A DNA stretch of 64,000 nt, taken from positions 41,908 through 105,907 of IMG/VR virus record IMGVR_UViG_3300037455_000462, one strand, 5' to 3'. A program made the position numbers and the translations under genes. Below, piece by piece: positions 58,622 to 64,000 of the stretch. How positions within the stretch are numbered: the stretch's first letter is position 1; each line of letters opens with the position of its first letter. Under the pieces are notes generated by a model. The model had not been told where the DNA came from and searched no databases. It saw only the letters and a list, made by a program, of their open reading frames with translations. Source of the stretch: a virus. Taxonomy: Duplodnaviria > Caudoviricetes.

Positions 58622-58624
58622 AGT

Positions 58625-59062
58625 TTATTTTGTTTTTCTCCTTTGTTTTCTGCTTACGGATTTGAGTGTTTCTATTTCGCGTTTGAATTCGCTGACATTA
58701 ACGATGAACGCACCCCAAGGACTTCCCCAACCTGGGTCTTCCTCCAACCCAATCATATAGTATTCGTTTTCTTTTTTGTAAATACCGAAAATGTTTTCGT
58801 TTTCTATTTCAAACTCGAATATTTTTGAATAGCCGTCCATTTTCAGAAATTCCAATGCCGCTTCCTCGTCATCTCCGAGTGTAGTCCATTCCGTATTGAA
58901 TGACACGCTTTCCCAATATGCAAACAGTTCCGTTTTGATTCTGTCCTCAATCCTGCCCTTGTTTTTCGTGTTGTTTACGATGTCCTTTATGCTATCGACA
59001 TTTATGGGCTTTATGTTCAGTTTCTCCAACAGAAATGATTTCGTGTTCAGTATTTTTGTCAT
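58625..59062 (-). CDS. Hypothetical late protein with E-KLNIKPI leader
   Basis: MTKILNTKSFLLE-KLNIKPI; late promoter at 59081. Confidence 0.7.
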   Translation of the reverse strand: MTKILNTKSFLLEKLNIKPINVDSIKDIVNNTKNKGRIEDRIKTELFAYWESVSFNTEWTTLGDDEEAALEFLKMDGYSKIFEFEIENENIFGIYKKENEYYMIGLEEDPGWGSPWGAFIVNVSEFKREIETLKSVSRKQRRKTK

Positions 59063-59080
59063 TCAGCGTGCGTGTTTCAT

Positions 59081-59115
59081 TATTTATATACTCGTTCACG
59101 CCGCCGTTATAAATA
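59081..59115. promoter_or_regulatory. Divergent pair of late promoters
   Basis: TATAAATA on minus at 59081-59088 and on plus at 59108-59115. Confidence 0.7.
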
Positions 59116-59129
59116 TTTAAAAATGTTTT

Positions 59130-60899
59130 TTGATGGGATTTCTTGATACCTCAAAGGTGAAGGCTATTGATTTGTTGAAGCAGGCGTATCTGTATCTTAA
59201 CAAGATGTACGGTATGTCCGATTCGGTCTTTACTCCGAGTTCACCAACGGGACAGATTCTATCCGTTGTCGCCAACATTTCGGAGTTGGTGTTCCTTTAT
59301 CTTGAGCGTGCGGCATCCGAACTCAATATTATGCGTGCGCAGACAATCGAAAGCGTACACGGTCTTTCGAGGCTGACGGGTCACGACCCGTACAGAGGTT
59401 CATCGGCATACGGTATGATGAAAGTCAAACTGAATCCGTCCGCGCTTCTCGATTTCAACGGCTCTTATATAAAAATACAAAACAATACGGCGTTTGTAAT
59501 AAAGGAAAACGGCAACCAATATTTCCTCAATATGGATACCGATTACATAATGCTGCAACAAGACTCCGACCCCGTGAACATAGAATTCGTGCAGGGTTCT
59601 CGCTCAACGCAGACGTTTGTCGCTGACGGCAAGAAGTTGCAGTCTTACAATGTGAATGTAAAAGGTCTCACAGACCACGATAGGGTGAGGGTGTTTATCG
59701 ACAATGTTGAGTGGAAGAAAGTTGACAGCCTTTATGATATGGGCGGTGACGAGCCGTGCTTTATGTGCAAGAGTTCGGTCAATATGGGATTGACCGTGTT
59801 TTTCGGAAACGGGAATTTCGGAAGGATACCCGAAAGCGGAACTACTATAACTGTGGAGGTTGTGAACCATCTCGGTGACGCGGGCAATCTCTCTGGAACC
59901 TCGCTCAACATCGAGTTCGTTGACGCGGGATTTGACAATGACGGCGAAACCGTTGACCTCAACAAGTTTTTGTCCGTTATGATAGAGACACCTCCTATGA
60001 TGGGTGCTTACGCAGAGCCTTTGGAACTGACAAGAAGGCTCGCCCCGCATCAAAGCAAGAGTTTCGTTCTCGCAAACCAAGACAACTATGTGGCTTATCT
60101 GTCAAGGTACAGCCAATTCAATGTCATTGACGCATACAACACGAAGGACGATTCGTATTTGGATGACGATAATGTCATCTACCTTCAAATCGCCCCGAAC
60201 ATAAAGGACAAACTCTCGAAGCAGTCTGATTCGATAGACTATTTCAACCTGCCCGAAAACGAGTTCCTGCTTAACGATTTCGAGAAAAACGCCATAATCC
60301 GTGCGCTTGACGACAGCGGTCAGCAACTCGTTTCCTCTGAAGTCGTTATAAACGACATAGTGCTGAAGCGATATGCGCTCGTTGTCGCTGTGAAGTATTT
60401 TGAGAACAGCGAGAAAACGAGGATATGGACTGACATACGCTCGAAACTGAACACGTATTTCACGAACATAAACAGAACGGATATGATTCCGAAGTCGGAC
60501 ATTGTTTCGCTTCTTGAGGGGATTGAAGGGATAGACAGTGTGAACGCATACTTTGTTTCCGAGGAAAACGAGAATGCGATAAGGAACGGCTATTATATAG
60601 AAACATACGACTATATAAACCCTGACACGCATCTTCACGACAAAATAGAAAGGAGAATCGACCTCAACCCGAATGAAGACCCGCTTATCGGATTGGACAA
60701 TTTCGGCGATATTGTGTTGAAAAAAGGCGAGGTTGCTGTGATACGTGGCGGATGGAACGACAGAGACGGCAACGCATACAACACGGAATTGGATATGAAC
60801 CAACTCTGCGGTCTTACCGTGGTGTTCACATCGGCTACGGAAAACACTATTTTTAACAAGGTACAGCAGGAAGCATTAAACAGACTTCTGAAATTCTAA
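59130..60899 (+). CDS. Baseplate wedge subunit (gp6-like)
   Basis: ELNI.RAQ..ESV, VFFGNGNFGRIP, G.AGN motifs. Confidence 0.75.
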   Translation: MMGFLDTSKVKAIDLLKQAYLYLNKMYGMSDSVFTPSSPTGQILSVVANISELVFLYLERAASELNIMRAQTIESVHGLSRLTGHDPYRGSSAYGMMKVKLNPSALLDFNGSYIKIQNNTAFVIKENGNQYFLNMDTDYIMLQQDSDPVNIEFVQGSRSTQTFVADGKKLQSYNVNVKGLTDHDRVRVFIDNVEWKKVDSLYDMGGDEPCFMCKSSVNMGLTVFFGNGNFGRIPESGTTITVEVVNHLGDAGNLSGTSLNIEFVDAGFDNDGETVDLNKFLSVMIETPPMMGAYAEPLELTRRLAPHQSKSFVLANQDNYVAYLSRYSQFNVIDAYNTKDDSYLDDDNVIYLQIAPNIKDKLSKQSDSIDYFNLPENEFLLNDFEKNAIIRALDDSGQQLVSSEVVINDIVLKRYALVVAVKYFENSEKTRIWTDIRSKLNTYFTNINRTDMIPKSDIVSLLEGIEGIDSVNAYFVSEENENAIRNGYYIETYDYINPDTHLHDKIERRIDLNPNEDPLIGLDNFGDIVLKKGEVAVIRGGWNDRDGNAYNTELDMNQLCGLTVVFTSATENTIFNKVQQEALNRLLKF

Positions 60900-61480
60900 C
60901 GGAGGCTTTTCGTGAACTTCTTTTGCGCTTCCGCGATTGAACCGTTCTCAAAATAATCCTCATCGCAATATATCATCTCGTGTATCAGATTGTAGTTCAC
61001 GCAACGGCAATCTGATATTTTTGTTATGTCGTAACGCTTCACGGATTCCATTATGTTCACTTTCCTTGAAATCTGCTCTGCGGTGTCCGTTGTGATTTCC
61101 TTTATGAAGTTCTGTTTGTCCGCGCTGTCAATGTCGGGGTATTCCGCTATCTCACGTTCTATCCTGCGTGAATACAAGTCGTATATGTAGCCGAACACTT
61201 GAATCCTTATATTTAGCGGCAGCACTCGCATATCTATACCGTAAAAGTGTTTGGGATTCTTTTTTGATTGACCCATAGACATAATGTATGGGAATGTGTC
61301 GTACAAGTCTTTTCTGTCTGTGGCGTAGCGGAAGGTGTAGAGTTTCCCAGGCAGAAGCCAAGTTTTGTTTATCGGCATATATTGGAGTTTGTTATAGAAC
61401 CCCACTTGTATTCGCTGTTCAGAGCCGTAGTCTTTCAGAACGTCTCTAACCCTTGATTGGAAATCGTATGTATAATTCAT
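60896..61480 (-). CDS. DNA end protector protein (T4 gp2-like)
   Basis: PGKLYTFRY...YDTFPYI...FYGID...LP pattern. Confidence 0.65.
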   Translation of the reverse strand: MNYTYDFQSRVRDVLKDYGSEQRIQVGFYNKLQYMPINKTWLLPGKLYTFRYATDRKDLYDTFPYIMSMGQSKKNPKHFYGIDMRVLPLNIRIQVFGYIYDLYSRRIEREIAEYPDIDSADKQNFIKEITTDTAEQISRKVNIMESVKRYDITKISDCRCVNYNLIHEMIYCDEDYFENGSIAEAQKKFTKSLR

Positions 61481-61486
61481 ATATAA

Positions 61487-61519
61487 TTAAAATGCGTATG
61501 ATGTCACAAGATAATCTTC
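61487..61519 (-). repeat. Orphan duplicate of the last 11 codons of the gp25-like gene
   Basis: Encodes EDYLVTSYAF*, as does 62460-62492, differing only at synonymous sites. Confidence 0.85.
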
Positions 61520-61548
61520 AGTGCGATTTATAATGAATAATACTGTTA

Positions 61549-62418
61549 TTACAAATCACTTAAATTAAGTATATTTCTTCTTTTTTTATATCCCATATCA
61601 TCTAACATACGTAAATAAGAATTTCCAGCCTCTCTATATTGCTTTGCCCTTTCTGATGGCTGTCGTTTGTCGAATGTTGTTGTGCAAAAACATTCGTCAC
61701 CTTCGTATTTAATGTAATGGTATCCGATTACTGGTATATATGTTTCTTCAAGAGAATGTGTTATTATATCAAAAACCCAGTCGTCTCCCGTTTCAGTGTC
61801 TTTTATAAAAGAATATCTATTATTTTTTATTGTATTTTTTGAAAGTATTATTGGTTTAAATGGTGAAATAAATGGATGAGACCATTTGTAAACGTCAATT
61901 GGATTTGAAAAGGAAAACCACATATTACCAAAATTCACACGATTTGTTGTCTCGCAACGCTCACCTATAATACCACGAATAACTTTATAATCATATACGT
62001 TATTATTCTTATATAAGAAATACGTATATTTAGTGGTTATCATTTCTGATGAAGGATATTTCATTTGAGCAATGTGCATATAATATAGTAATCTTTCGCC
62101 AAGAATGTCATCGTGGTCAAGAAAAATAACGAAATCATTATCTTTTGTGCAATGTTCGAATCCGAGCATTTTCATAGCACCAGGTAGATTTGTATTTTCT
62201 TTTGCTCTAATAATTTTAAGTTTAGATAGTTTATGCCGATTACTTGATAAAAATGGATTTTCATCAAACATAGTAAAACATTGTTGTTCAAAATATTCGT
62301 TTTTGCTCGAATCAACGACAATAAATTCAAAGTCATTATAATCTTGACCGAATACTGACATTAATGTTGCATAAAGTAATGGCATTTTTTTGTGTGTTGG
62401 CATTACTATTGAAATCAT
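61549..62418 (-). CDS. Glycosyltransferase family 2, AT-rich paralog of 31290..32144
   Basis: MISIVMPTH..MPLLYATLMSVF, PGAMKMLGF and FLDHDD shared with the other copy. Confidence 0.85.
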   Translation of the reverse strand: MISIVMPTHKKMPLLYATLMSVFGQDYNDFEFIVVDSSKNEYFEQQCFTMFDENPFLSSNRHKLSKLKIIRAKENTNLPGAMKMLGFEHCTKDNDFVIFLDHDDILGERLLYYMHIAQMKYPSSEMITTKYTYFLYKNNNVYDYKVIRGIIGERCETTNRVNFGNMWFSFSNPIDVYKWSHPFISPFKPIILSKNTIKNNRYSFIKDTETGDDWVFDIITHSLEETYIPVIGYHYIKYEGDECFCTTTFDKRQPSERAKQYREAGNSYLRMLDDMGYKKRRNILNLSDL

Positions 62419-62459
62419 ATCAAATTTATTTTTATATTTGGAATAATGTGTTTGTATAA

Positions 62460-62843
62460 TTAAAATGCGTATGAGGTAACAAGATAGTCTTCTATGTATA
62501 TGTCAACCACGCAGCCGAATGAATAATTGTTCGGTCTCTCGAAGAAATTTACCTTGCAGTAGATATTGATGTTCGAGTCGGTTGTTGACTTGACATATTT
62601 TTGGATTTGCAGATTTATTTCGTTTTGTATGTAGTTCGCACTGACATTTGTCTCGAAAATATATTTTTCCAAGTCTATTCCGAAATCGGGCATACACAAA
62701 AGGCTTCCCTTTTCGGTATATAACAGAACTTCCAATTTCTGTATGATATTGATTAGTCTGTCGTGTATTTCCAACGCCTTTTCGGAGTATCTTGGCGACT
62801 CGTCAGATATTGCGAAAATCTCATTTATGTCGTATGATTCCAT
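62460..62843 (-). CDS. Baseplate protein (gp25-like)
   Basis: LYTEKGS...PDFGIDL..YIFE; start placed at MESYD; late promoter at 62879-62886. Confidence 0.75.
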   Translation of the reverse strand: MESYDINEIFAISDESPRYSEKALEIHDRLINIIQKLEVLLYTEKGSLLCMPDFGIDLEKYIFETNVSANYIQNEINLQIQKYVKSTTDSNINIYCKVNFFERPNNYSFGCVVDIYIEDYLVTSYAF

Positions 62844-62889
62844 TAGATATTGTATAAATATAAAGATTAAATCTTGATTATTTATAATT

Positions 62890-64000
62890 ATGACCGATAA
62901 AGAATTACGAGACTTGTACATTTCATACCAAAATAGTGGTACAAGTATGTCATTTAATGAATGGATTGAAACACAAGAAAAAGAAAAATCTTGCGAATGT
63001 GATAAGCATACGGATTCTTCTGATAAAAACGAAGAATGTGTAGCAAAACCTATAGTTAATATATGTTGTCCTCCAAAAAAAGTTATTGGTAGGGGTAAAC
63101 AAGGCATACAAGGCGTGCAAGGTGTTCAAGGATTTTGTGGATTACAAGGTGGTCAAGGCATCCAAGGTGTTCAAGGTTTGCAGGGTCAACAAGGAATCCA
63201 AGGTGAACAAGGCATCCAAGGTGTTCAAGGCTTGCAGGGCGAACAAGGAATCCAAGGTGTTCAAGGCTTGCAGGGTGAACAAGGAATCCAAGGTGTTCAA
63301 GGCTTGCAGGGCAAGCAAGGCATCCAAGGTGTTCAAGGTCAACAAGGAATCCAAGGCTTGCAGGGCGAGCAAGGCATCCAAGGTGTTCAAGGTCAACAAG
63401 GAATCCAAGGCTTGCAGGGCGAGCAAGGCATCCAAGGCGAACAAGGCATCCAAGGTGTTCAAGGTTTGCAGGGTGAACAAGGAATCCAAGGTGTTCAAGG
63501 TTTGCAGGGTGAACAAGGAATCCAAGGTGTTCAAGGTCAACAAGGTATTCAAGGTGTTCAAGGCAAGCAGGGAACACAAGGCATCCAAGGTGTTCAAGGT
63601 TTGCAGGGTGAACAAGGAATCCAAGGTGTTCAAGGTTTGCAGGGCGAACAAGGTCAACAAGGCATCCAAGGAGTTCAAGGCTTGCAGGGCGAACAAGGAA
63701 TTCAAGGTGTTCAAGGTCAACAAGGCATCCAAGGTGTTCAAGGTTTGCAGGGTGAACAAGGAATCCAAGGTGTTCAAGGTTTGCAGGGCGAACAAGGAAT
63801 CCAAGGAGTTCAAGGCTTGCAGGGCGAACAAGGAATCCAAGGAGTTCAAGGCTTGCAGGGTGAACAAGGAATCCAAGGTGTTCAAGGCAAGCAGGGAACA
63901 CAAGGCATCCAAGGTGTTCAAGGCAAGCAGGGAACACAAGGCATCCAAGGTGTTCAAGGTCAACAAGGAATTCAAGGTGTTCAAGGTTTGCAGGGTGAAC
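62890..64000 (+). CDS. Collagen-like (Gly-X-Gln)n fibre protein (3' end outside window)
   Basis: ATG at 62890, Cys-rich N-terminus, then uninterrupted G-X-Q triplets from ~63094 to the window end. Confidence 0.85.
   Translation, partial: MTDKELRDLYISYQNSGTSMSFNEWIETQEKEKSCECDKHTDSSDKNEECVAKPIVNICCPPKKVIGRGKQGIQGVQGVQGFCGLQGGQGIQGVQGLQGQQGIQGEQGIQGVQGLQGEQGIQGVQGLQGEQGIQGVQGLQGKQGIQGVQGQQGIQGLQGEQGIQGVQGQQGIQGLQGEQGIQGEQGIQGVQGLQGEQGIQGVQGLQGEQGIQGVQGQQGIQGVQGKQGTQGIQGVQGLQGEQGIQGVQGLQGEQGQQGIQGVQGLQGEQGIQGVQGQQGIQGVQGLQGEQGIQGVQGLQGEQGIQGVQGLQGEQGIQGVQGLQGEQGIQGVQGKQGTQGIQGVQGKQGTQGIQGVQGQQGIQGVQGLQGE

Noticed and set aside
63083-63984. Long minus-strand repetitive ORFs, or a CRISPR-like array
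   Set aside because: They are antisense shadows of the plus-strand collagen repeat; there are no unique spacers.
1-64000. Stop-codon reassignment as in some Bacteroidota megaphages
   Set aside because: Conserved genes are full length in the standard code, and TAG and TGA end genes at sensible positions (e.g. 28783, 29212).

Overview
64 kb segment of a large T4-like (jumbo-type) myophage genome, standard genetic code, probably infecting a Bacteroidota host (TAnnTTTG promoters). It holds replication/recombination genes (two topoisomerase II subunits, UvsX/RecA, gp41 helicase N-half, gp47/Mre11, RNase H-like 5' exonuclease, gp62-like clamp loader subunit, DnaQ-like exonuclease), a DHFR-TS fusion, a sigma factor, seven solitary DNA methyltransferases, chaperones, and virion genes (tape measure, baseplate, gp2-like, collagen-like fibre). 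Main observations: (1) uvsX is fractured by a split intein around a free-standing endonuclease whose start codon lies in a hairpin overlapping a late promoter; (2) the nearby helicase gene ends in a 36-aa intein N-fragment with no partner in the window; (3) six of seven DNA methyltransferases, topoisomerase and RNase H all end in Leu-Phe, suggesting clamp-tethered methylation; (4) several unrelated late proteins share an E-KLNIKP(I/V)TKERL leader resembling a capsid-targeting signal, including a three-unit polyprotein; (5) a DGR-type target gene with its hairpin but no RT or TR in the window. All protein assignments come from motif recognition by eye, not from database searches.
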